From: a virus
Length of the DNA stretch: 64,000 nt
Virus record (IMG/VR): IMGVR_UViG_3300045988_129305
Span: 25,078-89,077 of that record
Direction: 5' to 3' (one strand)
This document shows positions 37,055 through 46,417 of this stretch, one piece after another. Within the stretch, counting starts at the first letter, position 1. Every line of letters starts with the position of its first letter. A model generated the notes under the pieces. It was not told where the DNA came from. It saw nothing but the letters and a program-made list of their open reading frames with translations, and ran no database searches. Position numbers and translations under genes: made by a program.

Positions 37055-38136
37055 TTTACATACAACTCCTTAAAATTCTTAATACCTTCAACCAACGCCT
37101 CTACATCCTCAACGTTACTATCCTCGCCAAAGCTAACCCTAATAACCTCACTGGCTTCATCGTTATTCAGCCCATAGGCGTTTAGCACTCGATAATCATG
37201 CTTTTCAGCGCAAGCAGAACCACCAATAGATACATAGATTTGCTTAGATGCGAGGTACTGTTGGAGGGCATCTGCATTAAATCCGGGCAGACGAATGGCG
37301 TTGATTGCTAAAGCAAAAGGCTTGTCAGCTTCACTCGCCGGTACTGTTGGAATAAAACTATGTTTTATATTTGCTCTATCCAACTCTCTATCAAGTTCAT
37401 TAACTAAATTAAACCATTTGGTATCTCGTTCAATCAATGCTTCTTTATCGCAAACCTCCTCTACCGCTTGAGTCAAAGCCAATGCACCGGTAAGATTAGG
37501 TGTGCCGTGTAGCTTAAAACCATTGAGCCATTTGTCTAATCCATCAGAAATCCACATAGCACCAATGCCAAGCTCAGTGCCTAACTTATGACCGCTCCAA
37601 ACAGCACAGTCACACCATTGGTCGATGTTGGTCGGAATTGGGACTTTACCAATCATAGTTGTCATGTCACAGATGTAAAAAGCACTATACTCATGGCAAA
37701 GCTTGCCAATTTCTTCAACTGGAAAAACTTCACCCGTAAGATTGTTAACACCTTGCCATATCACAAACGACTGGTCATAACTTTCAGGGTCATTTTTATA
37801 AGCAATCAATAAATTTTTCATCCAGTTTATATTGTCGGACATATTGTCTGCATATCTAAAAAAACTATCATGTTCATAAACAGAGCACAAAACATTTCGA
37901 AAAAAAGTTTCCTCGTTGATAGCCGTCATCAAATTCTCAATCAACTGACTGCTCGTACCACCAAAAACAACCTTACCAGATTTGGCTCCAACGGCCTTTT
38001 TTATTCTATCCTCACACTTCTTTAACAGTTGCTTTTCCTTGTAAGCATAGTTGGCATTAACATTAAAAAACGAACCATAATTAGAGCAAGGATATTTAAC
38101 TTTAGGGCAAGCAGCGGCATAATCCAAATAAACCAT
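37051..38136 (-). CDS. cysteine desulfurase (class V aminotransferase, NifS/IscS-like)
   Basis: 361 aa. SGHKLGTELGIGAMWI (PLP lysine) and GGSACAE (catalytic Cys loop). 4-nt overlap with the PP-loop gene. Confidence 0.8.
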   Translation of the reverse strand: MVYLDYAAACPKVKYPCSNYGSFFNVNANYAYKEKQLLKKCEDRIKKAVGAKSGKVVFGGTSSQLIENLMTAINEETFFRNVLCSVYEHDSFFRYADNMSDNINWMKNLLIAYKNDPESYDQSFVIWQGVNNLTGEVFPVEEIGKLCHEYSAFYICDMTTMIGKVPIPTNIDQWCDCAVWSGHKLGTELGIGAMWISDGLDKWLNGFKLHGTPNLTGALALTQAVEEVCDKEALIERDTKWFNLVNELDRELDRANIKHSFIPTVPASEADKPFALAINAIRLPGFNADALQQYLASKQIYVSIGGSACAEKHDYRVLNAYGLNNDEASEVIRVSFGEDSNVEDVEALVEGIKNFKELYVK

Positions 38137-39779
38137 TACTTAAATAAATCCTCCCAACTTAATTCATTATCATCTTCAACATTGCTTATCTCATATCTAT
38201 CTATTTCACATTGCGGCGTAAGAACGTTATTATAATCATTAACCTTACAGTTTTTTACTATAATTTCGAGTCTAAATTTGTTTTTACTTATTAAGGTGGA
38301 TATATCTTCGTCTTTAGCAAAAAATTTCAAACAGGTTAAATTTCCTAATGATATTCTAATAGTATTTGTACTTTTTTTGAATACGACTATATTATCTTGA
38401 GTAACAATAGTCGATATATAGAATGTAGGCGAATCTAAGCCGTGTCCCCATAATTGTCTATTAGAATCTATTATTTCACATAGCTTAACATCTATGTCAT
38501 TAGAATCAACAATAGCCGTAACAGGTATATCAGGCTGAACATCTAAGTCCAGAGAATCCAGCCAATTAGCAAATCGCCTTAATTGCGATTTTTTAACCAC
38601 TACACCACAAGCCGATTGATGACCCATAGCTTTAGCAAGCTTAGACGTATTGATTCTATCAGCCAACTCAACTGGACTACGCAATGAGCCAGACCATGTG
38701 GTATTATTAGATTCTCTAAGCAATATAGTTGGTTTATTATATTTACCAACAAATTTATTAGCTATTAAGCCGAGATAATTCTTATCCTCAACTTCGCCAA
38801 ATCCAATAATTACTTTATGGTCAAGATTTAATTTCGGCTCGATTGTATTAGTAGCCAATTTAACCGCTTCGTCTTGCTGGCGTTTAATGCGCCTTAAATC
38901 TGTTAAAGCCTCATTACCATCTATATCGCCTATAAGAGCTTTAAAGAATAATAACTTAGTCTCTTGATTATCTACTCTTGCTAATGCATTAGCTAACGGC
39001 GCAATACCCCATGCTATAGCTTCGGGCGTATAACCATATTTTTTACTATTCTTTTCAAATAATAGCCGCAAGAATGGATTCGTAACATTATTTAACCCGT
39101 TATATAGATAGGCTCTATTTTCTAATGTTGTTATATCACATACATCAGATATAAGACTAATAGCAACTAAATCATCAAAGAACCATCTACTACAACCACA
39201 TTTTTCGCAATATGCCCTAACAAATTTATCTGTTACGCCAGTGCCACTAAGAGCCGTATTAAGCCCGTTACCTAAATGATGATTAATTACTATGGCGTAT
39301 GGATTACTATTTAATATTTCGTGATGGTCGAGTACAATAGTGCGAATATGATTTTGAGCTAATGTCATACATTCGGCTCTATCATTGGAACTAGCGTCAG
39401 GAATTATAAGTAAATCAACAGGCGAATTTATTATATCATCTAAGACATCATTTAGTCCGTGTTGTTTGCCAGTATGCTGAAATATTATAGGATTGATTCG
39501 TCTTTGTCTAAGTAACCCACGTAGAAACATTGTCATTAGAGCCGCCGAAGCACAGCCATCAAGATCAGAATCAACCAATATACCGATAACACATTCATCC
39601 TGTATAGCCGTATTTAACAGCTCAACAGCTTCTTCCATATTCGAATAAGCCCAAGGCGAATCAAAACAGCTATTATCTGGACGGAGATATTTATCTATAT
39701 CTTTTACACCACAAGCTGATAGATAATCATTGATAAATGTATTGCTTAAAACTTGAGGCAACTTAGGACTAACTTTCAA
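38136..39779 (-). CDS. DHH/DHHA1 phosphoesterase (RecJ-like)
   Basis: 547 aa. DSDLDGCASAA, IIPDASSND, VLDHHE and DHHA1-type GHQSACG. Confidence 0.85.
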   Translation of the reverse strand: MKVSPKLPQVLSNTFINDYLSACGVKDIDKYLRPDNSCFDSPWAYSNMEEAVELLNTAIQDECVIGILVDSDLDGCASAALMTMFLRGLLRQRRINPIIFQHTGKQHGLNDVLDDIINSPVDLLIIPDASSNDRAECMTLAQNHIRTIVLDHHEILNSNPYAIVINHHLGNGLNTALSGTGVTDKFVRAYCEKCGCSRWFFDDLVAISLISDVCDITTLENRAYLYNGLNNVTNPFLRLLFEKNSKKYGYTPEAIAWGIAPLANALARVDNQETKLLFFKALIGDIDGNEALTDLRRIKRQQDEAVKLATNTIEPKLNLDHKVIIGFGEVEDKNYLGLIANKFVGKYNKPTILLRESNNTTWSGSLRSPVELADRINTSKLAKAMGHQSACGVVVKKSQLRRFANWLDSLDLDVQPDIPVTAIVDSNDIDVKLCEIIDSNRQLWGHGLDSPTFYISTIVTQDNIVVFKKSTNTIRISLGNLTCLKFFAKDEDISTLISKNKFRLEIIVKNCKVNDYNNVLTPQCEIDRYEISNVEDDNELSWEDLFK

Positions 39780-40009
39780 CTAACCACCTCATCAATTTTA
39801 GCTTGGAGCTTACGATTCTTAGCTCTAAGCCGTTGACATTTTCTTCGCCAGTTTAGATTATTCTTTTTAAGTTTCTTTGTTATCTGTTCTCTTGTTTGCT
39901 TAAAATCACATTTATTCGCCGTACCCTTTACAAGCAAATAAACACAAACGGGCTTATGCAAGCAATCATCACATAGTCTCGCATTATAATTTTCATCGGA
40001 CATAAACAT
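39776..40009 (-). CDS. small Cys-rich / basic coiled-coil protein
   Basis: ATG 40009 after AAGGAGG. The track start 40069 lies inside the promoter -35. CDDCLHKPVC..KCDF followed by a Lys/Arg-rich helix. Confidence 0.5.
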   Translation of the reverse strand: MFMSDENYNARLCDDCLHKPVCVYLLVKGTANKCDFKQTREQITKKLKKNNLNWRRKCQRLRAKNRKLQAKIDEVVS

Positions 40010-40040
40010 AAGAAATGACCTCCTTATAAATTGTAAATCA

Positions 40041-40069
40041 ATCTTACCATAAGAAGGCCATTTTGTCAA
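40041..40069 (-). promoter_or_regulatory. sigma-A-type promoter
   Basis: On the - strand: TTGACA (40069-40064), 17 nt, TAAGAT (40046-40041). Confidence 0.5.
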
Positions 40070-40073
40070 GTAT

Positions 40074-41474
40074 TTATATGTATATTTTTTGATTTTCTTG
40101 AGTACAAATTACTCTTGCTGATTTACCTTGAGATATAAGTTCGTCTTGTAGTGTATAGGCAAATTTTACTTTATCCTCATAATTACCATGTACTAATGCA
40201 ATCTTATTATATCGGCATTGATTGGCATAATAATCTATCAGCTCTTCATAACTGGCATGAGACGAAAATGAACGAAGTTCAGTAATATTTGCATTATTGG
40301 GTACCAATACACCATCAATCATTACCTCTTTTTGGCCAGATTTAATTTGGCTTGCAAGATTATTATCACCGGCATATCCAACAAATATAAGATGATTGTT
40401 TGAATGTGGTAGAGCTGTTTTAAGATGGTTTATTATCCTCCCACCTTGAAGAAATCCAGACGCGCTTATAATCACACAATGAGCATTAGATGCTTGTAAC
40501 AAAACAGATGATTCCCATGAATCAATAACTTTTAAATTATCCCAATGACTTATTTTATCCCATTCAAAAGAATCGGGCCAAATAGAATTGATTCTACTTG
40601 CTAATGGACTATCAAGATATACAGAGAACGGAAAAGCTAATTTGTTCCTATCCCAAAGATGATATAACACAGTCAATATCTCTTGAGTTCGGCCTAAAGA
40701 GAATGTTGGAATTAGTATCTTGCTATATGCGTTTATAATAGATACCAATTTTTCTTCATCTTTGGGACGGTCTTTTATATTATTAGGTCGAGCTGGGCTA
40801 TTATATGTATTTTCGCCTATTAGTACATCGATAAATGGCAATGATTGCTTATTATTAACATAAGGTCGAGATGCATTGCCACCTATATCACCAGTATATC
40901 CTACTCGTTTAGTTATATTACCCTCTTTCAATTCGACTATAACTTGTGCCGAGTTGATAATATGACCGGCTGGATAATAAGTAAAACTAATACAATTATT
41001 GATTTTATATGGTTTATTAAAATCAACTTCTATACATCTCATCAATGCCTTAGATATATCATTGGCTGAATAATATGGGCTTGCTTTACGTCCATGTTTA
41101 GCTTCTATCTTTTGGCAATCAGATGTAAGAATTTTTAAGCTATCATCCCATAATAATTTAAGGAAATCAACAGAGCCTTTAGGAACATATACATGAGCAT
41201 TACAGCCTTTAGCGAATAGAGCCGGTATAAGCCCACTATGATCTATATGCACATGAGATAAAATAATATAATCTATCTCATTGGCTTTAATTGATTCTAT
41301 TTGATTCTTATTAGCTTGCTATACCGATACTATATCGCCGCCTTGTACCATACCACAATCAAGAAGTAATGAATATTTCTTAAATCGCAAATGATGCATT
41401 GAGCCTGTTACATCAGTAGATGAGCCGCCTATCATGTGTAGATATGGCCGACTTGTGCCATTACCTTTTACCAT
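40074..41474 (-). CDS. metallo-beta-lactamase / beta-CASP nuclease interrupted by one in-frame TAG (41319-41321)
   Basis: ATG 41474 abuts the upstream stop (TAAATG). N-terminus MVKGNG..LLLDCGMVQGGDIVSV, then TAG, then QANKNQIESIKANEIDYIILSHVHIDHSG (HxHxDH). The track ORF begins only at GVG 41252 inside the HxHxDH motif. Confidence 0.75.
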
Positions 41475-41810
41475 TTATCTCTTTTTATCCTCATAATATT
41501 CATCATCATTTGATTCATTGGGGACTTCAAAACCAATAGCTTGAGTAATCGCACCAGTAGGAGATATTGTTTCAGCCGCAGCTTCAGCTTCACGTTTATC
41601 TAATTCCATATCTAACGACCATTTATTAACGGTTTTATTAATGGCGCTAATAGCCATACTTGCAAGCCCATCAAGCAACGGTAATACCATATTGACAAAT
41701 ATTACAGAACCACTAGCAATGGCAAGTGCTCTTACTTCGTCCCTCTCGATATTATATCTATTGTGCTTAATACACTCAGACCTCCCCATATAATACATAT
41801 CAATATCCAC
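41475..41810 (-). CDS. hypothetical membrane/acidic-tail protein (start uncertain)
   Basis: 111-aa ORF. The hydrophobic segment ALAIASGSVIFVNMVLPLLDGLASMAISAI overlaps 41732-41917 by 79 nt. Internal Met at 41690 is possible. Confidence 0.5.
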   Translation of the reverse strand: MDIDMYYMGRSECIKHNRYNIERDEVRALAIASGSVIFVNMVLPLLDGLASMAISAINKTVNKWSLDMELDKREAEAAAETISPTGAITQAIGFEVPNESNDDEYYEDKKR

Positions 41811-41917
41811 ATTGCGCCACCATCTATTCTAGCGGCATATATAGAAATACCAAATGCTACCCACTGAACCAGAACATATAGTATTGTCAGAAAATTCTTC
41901 ATTTCTCTCTTCTCCAC
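41732..41917 (-). CDS. small two-helix membrane protein
   Basis: 61 aa, FLTILYVLVQWVAFGISIYAA and MWILICIIWGGLSVL. Confidence 0.5.
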   Translation of the reverse strand: MEKREMKNFLTILYVLVQWVAFGISIYAARIDGGAMWILICIIWGGLSVLSTIDIISRGTK

Positions 41918-42165
41918 TTAAAACAATTATATTGAGTTAATTCATTATCGGATTTGACGCAATCGGACATTTTAGCGCATAGAGAACAACGGCAATCATA
42001 AACAACAGCCTTATATAAGTCTGATTTACACACATCTAACATATTTTCAGTTTCGACTAGCCTGTCTCTAGTCCAATTTAACCCCTCTTGATACTGTCCT
42101 AGCTTAGTTCTAAGCTCTTTTATTTCGGCTTTAAGTTCTTGAATCTCCAAATCTTTTTCAGTCAC
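41899..42165 (-). CDS. hypothetical coiled-coil / Cys protein
   Basis: 88-aa ORF with a GTG start. Confidence 0.5.
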   Translation of the reverse strand: MTEKDLEIQELKAEIKELRTKLGQYQEGLNWTRDRLVETENMLDVCKSDLYKAVVYDCRCSLCAKMSDCVKSDNELTQYNCFKWRREK

Positions 42166-42178
42166 AACAAGTAATCCC

Positions 42179-42265
42179 TCACTTATATCTTATATTATTC
42201 CAATTCAATACCAAAACAACACCCATAAATACTGCTATGCTAAATATGACTACATCTGGATTCAT
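42179..42265 (-). CDS. very small membrane peptide (28 aa, not in the track)
   Basis: ATG 3 nt after the primase stop. MNPDVVIFSIAVFMGVVLVLNWNNIRYK. Weak support. Confidence 0.3.
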   Translation of the reverse strand: MNPDVVIFSIAVFMGVVLVLNWNNIRYK

Positions 42266-42268
42266 ATC

Positions 42269-43327
42269 TTATAATTTTATCCTCCTTTCATATAATTTAT
42301 CAAATACTGCTTTACCTTTATCTATTGGACTATCTTTATAGCCTAATAAATCTTTATCATCATATAGCACATATACATTACAATAAGGCTTAAATAGATT
42401 AGCTATTTTTTTTACTTGCTTAACATATATATCAAATTCAGTACCATTAGACTGAATATATTGTTTATCAAGGGCTATTATCACAGAGTTGATATTATAT
42501 TCTAATAGCATATTACGCCGCGCCTTATTAAAATTCCAACCGAACATGCCTAATGCTGGAACATCAATGCCTTGTGATAAGCTCTGTAAGGTCGATTTTG
42601 GGGCTTCATACAAAATAACTTGCTTATTATCTTGTATATTATCTTGCTGTTCATATAGCCCATAGATAGCTTGACCTGTTGGGAACTTATATTCGCAATT
42701 CAGCGTTTTTAATGGCTGATATTTAAGCCCTTTATCGACTAATACCTTACGAGTATTTCTTGCATGAATACCTATTAAATCGCCATTAGGATTAAATACA
42801 GGCATAGTTATTTGAGCATTGCGACCATACCATCCTATATTAAATCGGCTCATTACGGCCTGAGTTATACCATCGTTGAGCCAAGATTGATGAGGAATCG
42901 GCTCAAACAAATCTAATACTTGTTTATCGTATATCGGTATATCAACTTCATCAGGTTCGGCATTGGGCAAGAATCTTTTTAGCTCTTTTTGCCATGGATC
43001 AATAGCTGTATTCTGCATACATTCTTCTGTATTTATATGCAGAGTCTTGCAAATATATGTAATAGATTGCTTAAAATCGCATTGTTTTATTTGCTGGATT
43101 AGGCTTATTATATCGCCGTGAAATGAGCAACTATAACAATGTGCCGTACCGTCTGGATATACATATAATTTTGGCTTGTGTTTTTCACATTCATCATGCC
43201 AATGACAAGCCGAATAAAATATCATTGTTTGTTCATCGGCTTTAACTAATGGCACATTCAAAGAATCTAATAAGGAGATAATATCATCTGTATCTATCTT
43301 TGCTTTAAGTGCTTCAATATCTATCAA
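42269..43327 (-). CDS. DnaG-like DNA primase
   Basis: 352 aa. CHC2-type zinc finger CHWHDE..HCYSCSFHGD, TTG start after GAAAGGAGATG. Confidence 0.75.
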   Translation of the reverse strand: MIDIEALKAKIDTDDIISLLDSLNVPLVKADEQTMIFYSACHWHDECEKHKPKLYVYPDGTAHCYSCSFHGDIISLIQQIKQCDFKQSITYICKTLHINTEECMQNTAIDPWQKELKRFLPNAEPDEVDIPIYDKQVLDLFEPIPHQSWLNDGITQAVMSRFNIGWYGRNAQITMPVFNPNGDLIGIHARNTRKVLVDKGLKYQPLKTLNCEYKFPTGQAIYGLYEQQDNIQDNKQVILYEAPKSTLQSLSQGIDVPALGMFGWNFNKARRNMLLEYNINSVIIALDKQYIQSNGTEFDIYVKQVKKIANLFKPYCNVYVLYDDKDLLGYKDSPIDKGKAVFDKLYERRIKL

Positions 43328-43352
43328 ATAATATCATCTCCTTTCTGAGACG

Positions 43353-43381
43353 ATTATAACATACGCGATTAGTTATGTCAA
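43353..43381 (-). promoter_or_regulatory. sigma-A-type promoter
   Basis: On the - strand: TTGACA (43381-43376), 17 nt, TATAAT (43358-43353). Overlaps the dnaB stop and lies upstream of the primase. Confidence 0.65.
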
Positions 43382-44862
43382 GAATTTTTATATATTAAAT
43401 TTGTTGAGGTAAGATTTATGAGCTGATTGAATTTATTAGTAGCAAACATATCTGTAACATGACCAGTATTCAAATCAACGAAACACCATACTTTAATACC
43501 TTGTTCTTCTGAACCGAAACGAACTTTAGCCATTGATAATACGCGGTTGGGTTTTATTTTGTTACCAGCAAATTTACTCTCCATTACCATGTCACATACC
43601 TCTTGTTCTTGTTTGCGCAAAGGGGACATGATGCCTAATATATCACAAGTATTTTGAATAGCTCTTGAACCAGCAATAACACCAGCATCTAAGATTTCTT
43701 GTGTATTTATATTAGCATTGACTTGTGTAAAGCTCATAATGGCTACATTCAAATCAACGGCTATATCTTTAAGTTTAGACACAATTGCCGCAAGTGCTTG
43801 GTCAGAGCGAGTTGATACGCCATTTTTCTTAGCTAAATCATTAAAGGCTGAAGCTCCATCAGTTATATAGTCATATACAATATACTGTACATTATGATTT
43901 ATAACATAATCTTTTACATAAGATTCAATCATATCAACAGTAAAATTAGGCATACAAACGATATATATATTAGACCGATTAAGTATATCGATAGCCTTAT
44001 CTACTCGCTCTTCTTCGCCTTCTTGATATTTGCCATTAAGTATTGTTCTTGTGCCAACACCGCTTATAGACGATATGAGCTTAGGCGTTACCTCTCTTTT
44101 AGCGTCCATTTCCCATTCGAGATATAGGCCACCTTTATGCTGATAACATGGATTAGGTATATATCTATCGGACTTATCATCCCATATCTCAGGGCAACAT
44201 ACTTTAACAAGATTATATAAACCGATAGTTGATTTCCCAGTGCCACTTGGCATACTATATACAGATAACTGTCCGGGAATCCAGCCACGAGTTATAGTAT
44301 TAACCATTGGGCTAAATGTACTTGCGCCATACATCGGCTCAACCTTAAAGCCCTCTTTTATCTCCGCGAACCCATCACCGGCTTTATATTCTTTAACAGA
44401 TTTATCTTGATAAAATTGTTTTCTTATAGCTATCTGCTGTCCCTCATAATATTGAACTATATCTTCTATGCTATATTTTTCAATATCGCGCTCGAACTTG
44501 CTGATATTAAATCCAGCATCGCCATACGAATTAAGCAAACTACATTTTCTTACAGCCTCATAATATAGGGCATAATTATCTATATTAACTAATTGCTTAA
44601 TCGTATCTATAAACCCAGATAAATCATTATCATCAAATACTCTTTTAACAGTTGAGTTATTTCTGCATAGATTATATACATCAATAGCCGATACCGATTG
44701 GCATCCTTTTTTAGCCAAAGCATTTATGGCCTGATATAATCTTTGATGAAATTCATTTGTTGAAAAGTCGGCTTTATTTAATGGGTACTTTTCATCGAGT
44801 ATAAATGTTGGTTTAATCAGCAATGCTCCAAGAAGTAATCTTGCTGATTGAGCATCATACAA
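43378..44862 (-). CDS. dnaB: replicative DNA helicase (DnaB family)
   Basis: 494 aa. N-terminus SARLLLGALLIKP, Walker A SMPSGTGKST, RecA-like C-domain. Confidence 0.9.
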   Translation of the reverse strand: MYDAQSARLLLGALLIKPTFILDEKYPLNKADFSTNEFHQRLYQAINALAKKGCQSVSAIDVYNLCRNNSTVKRVFDDNDLSGFIDTIKQLVNIDNYALYYEAVRKCSLLNSYGDAGFNISKFERDIEKYSIEDIVQYYEGQQIAIRKQFYQDKSVKEYKAGDGFAEIKEGFKVEPMYGASTFSPMVNTITRGWIPGQLSVYSMPSGTGKSTIGLYNLVKVCCPEIWDDKSDRYIPNPCYQHKGGLYLEWEMDAKREVTPKLISSISGVGTRTILNGKYQEGEEERVDKAIDILNRSNIYIVCMPNFTVDMIESYVKDYVINHNVQYIVYDYITDGASAFNDLAKKNGVSTRSDQALAAIVSKLKDIAVDLNVAIMSFTQVNANINTQEILDAGVIAGSRAIQNTCDILGIMSPLRKQEQEVCDMVMESKFAGNKIKPNRVLSMAKVRFGSEEQGIKVWCFVDLNTGHVTDMFATNKFNQLINLTSTNLIYKNS

Positions 44863-44896
44863 TAATTATCACCTCTTTTATGAGAGATTAGGGGAA

Positions 44897-45112
44897 TTAA
44901 TCCTCCGGCAAATTAACATGACACCAGCGGTCTGTAGACGAACAAGGACTAATATCATTAATCATATTGCACCACCAATTACGCCGATTTAACTTTCCCA
45001 CAAAGCATAGCTCTTTATCTCGTTGCCCTGCTACAATTTGACTTATAAGTACATATTCACCTGACCCAACCGGATAATCCTCAACTTTATGCCATTTCAT
45101 TAACTTTCTCAT
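44897..45112 (-). CDS. hypothetical early protein
   Basis: 71-aa ORF overlapping the upstream ORF end. Confidence 0.5.
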   Translation of the reverse strand: MRKLMKWHKVEDYPVGSGEYVLISQIVAGQRDKELCFVGKLNRRNWWCNMINDISPCSSTDRWCHVNLPED

Positions 45113-45461
45113 CTATTCGATTTACAGCCTCAACAAGCTCGTTGATTTTCTTTGATATATCACCAATATCTATTATACGATCTTCTTCTAGCGATGTCAC
45201 GTGTATAATATAAGGCATAGTATAATTTTCAGGCAGAGGCTCAATCTTGCCTTCGTCCTTCTTAGTAAAATCATATTGCCCAATACGATTAAATCGAAAT
45301 TCGAGCTGAGAATCGACAACATTATAAGAATAAATTTTATCGTCTGTAAAATGAACATAAAGACAAATATGCCCATTACTTAAAGGTTGCATCTTAGAGA
45401 TATAACCTATACCTCCCTCTTTCATCTCAACATAATTGCCTACATAAAATTCGTATTTCAT
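45087..45461 (-). CDS. hypothetical protein, tandem paralog B
   Basis: 124 aa. Shares MK(Y/C)EF(Y/H)V..GG..G(Y/F)I..(Q/R)P.. and C-terminal INEL(V/I)EAVN with 45458-45790. Confidence 0.6.
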   Translation of the reverse strand: MKYEFYVGNYVEMKEGGIGYISKMQPLSNGHICLYVHFTDDKIYSYNVVDSQLEFRFNRIGQYDFTKKDEGKIEPLPENYTMPYIIHVTSLEEDRIIDIGDISKKINELVEAVNRIDEKVNEMA

Positions 45462-45790
45462 CTCAATCTCCCTTTTAATTCATTAACAGCTTCGATAAGT
45501 TCATTTATTGTATCAACTATATCATTACCTCGGTAATCAGATGATAATGGTTTAATCTCCTCAATTTCATCGCTTTTACTAAAATTATACTCACCGATAT
45601 GCTTAAATATATTGGACATATCATTATATCCGTCAAATTCGCCCAAAGGAATGGCAAACGTATAATACCAACCAGTATACGTACATATTGTAATAATTTG
45701 GTAGTTATTATAAGGGCGTATATGCGCAATAAAGCCTTTATTGCCTCCTATAGTCTCAAAGGTATCATTTACATGAAACTCACATTTCAT
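45458..45790 (-). CDS. hypothetical protein, tandem paralog A
   Basis: 110 aa, 4-nt overlap with its paralog. Confidence 0.6.
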   Translation of the reverse strand: MKCEFHVNDTFETIGGNKGFIAHIRPYNNYQIITICTYTGWYYTFAIPLGEFDGYNDMSNIFKHIGEYNFSKSDEIEEIKPLSSDYRGNDIVDTINELIEAVNELKGRLR

Positions 45791-45815
45791 TTATTTATCA
45801 ACCCCCTTGCATCAG

Positions 45816-45998
45816 CTACGGCATAAATACGGCATAAATAATAATTGCTACTACTAATACAACAATCCAAACCCAAGCAGGAGCAAGAACCCACCACCAA
45901 GACCAGTTAATTACTTTGCAAAGTTTGAGTATAATAAATGCAAGCTGAAGTAAGCTCGTAAACCCAATGTTACTATTACTATTTGATTTATTACTCAT
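45816..45998 (-). CDS. small membrane protein
   Basis: 60 aa. LLQLAFIILKL..WWWVLAPAWVWIVVLVVAIIIYAVF. Confidence 0.55.
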   Translation of the reverse strand: MSNKSNSNSNIGFTSLLQLAFIILKLCKVINWSWWWVLAPAWVWIVVLVVAIIIYAVFMP

Positions 45999-46398
45999 TG
46001 TTTACACCACTTTCTAAACTGATAAATTCTAAATCATCATATATATTCGGATAATAAATACCTAACCAGAAATCTCGTTGAGCCGCCTTGTGGTATGCAA
46101 GACTTGTATTCCACTTTTCGATTTGCTGGACAAGCTCGTATTTACCTATATCATTGTCGTTATCATAAAAATTATTTTCGTACTGATATGTTAGAGATTC
46201 ATACTGTGCTTGGTATTTGGCTATTGTCGCATCAAGACAAAGATGATTACATCCTATAATAGAAAGACTTATACTAACCGCAATACCTACAATAACGGCT
46301 GTAGCGCCCGATAGCACCTGAAGAATATCATAATCCCATAAGAGTTCCACAAATACCAATGATACAATTAAAATAATTACAAATAACCAAAACAACAT
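45991..46398 (-). CDS. membrane protein
   Basis: 135 aa with two N-terminal hydrophobic helices. Confidence 0.55.
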   Translation of the reverse strand: MLFWLFVIILIVSLVFVELLWDYDILQVLSGATAVIVGIAVSISLSIIGCNHLCLDATIAKYQAQYESLTYQYENNFYDNDNDIGKYELVQQIEKWNTSLAYHKAAQRDFWLGIYYPNIYDDLEFISLESGVNNE

Positions 46399-46417
46399 TT
46401 TTTATTATTGACCTCCC

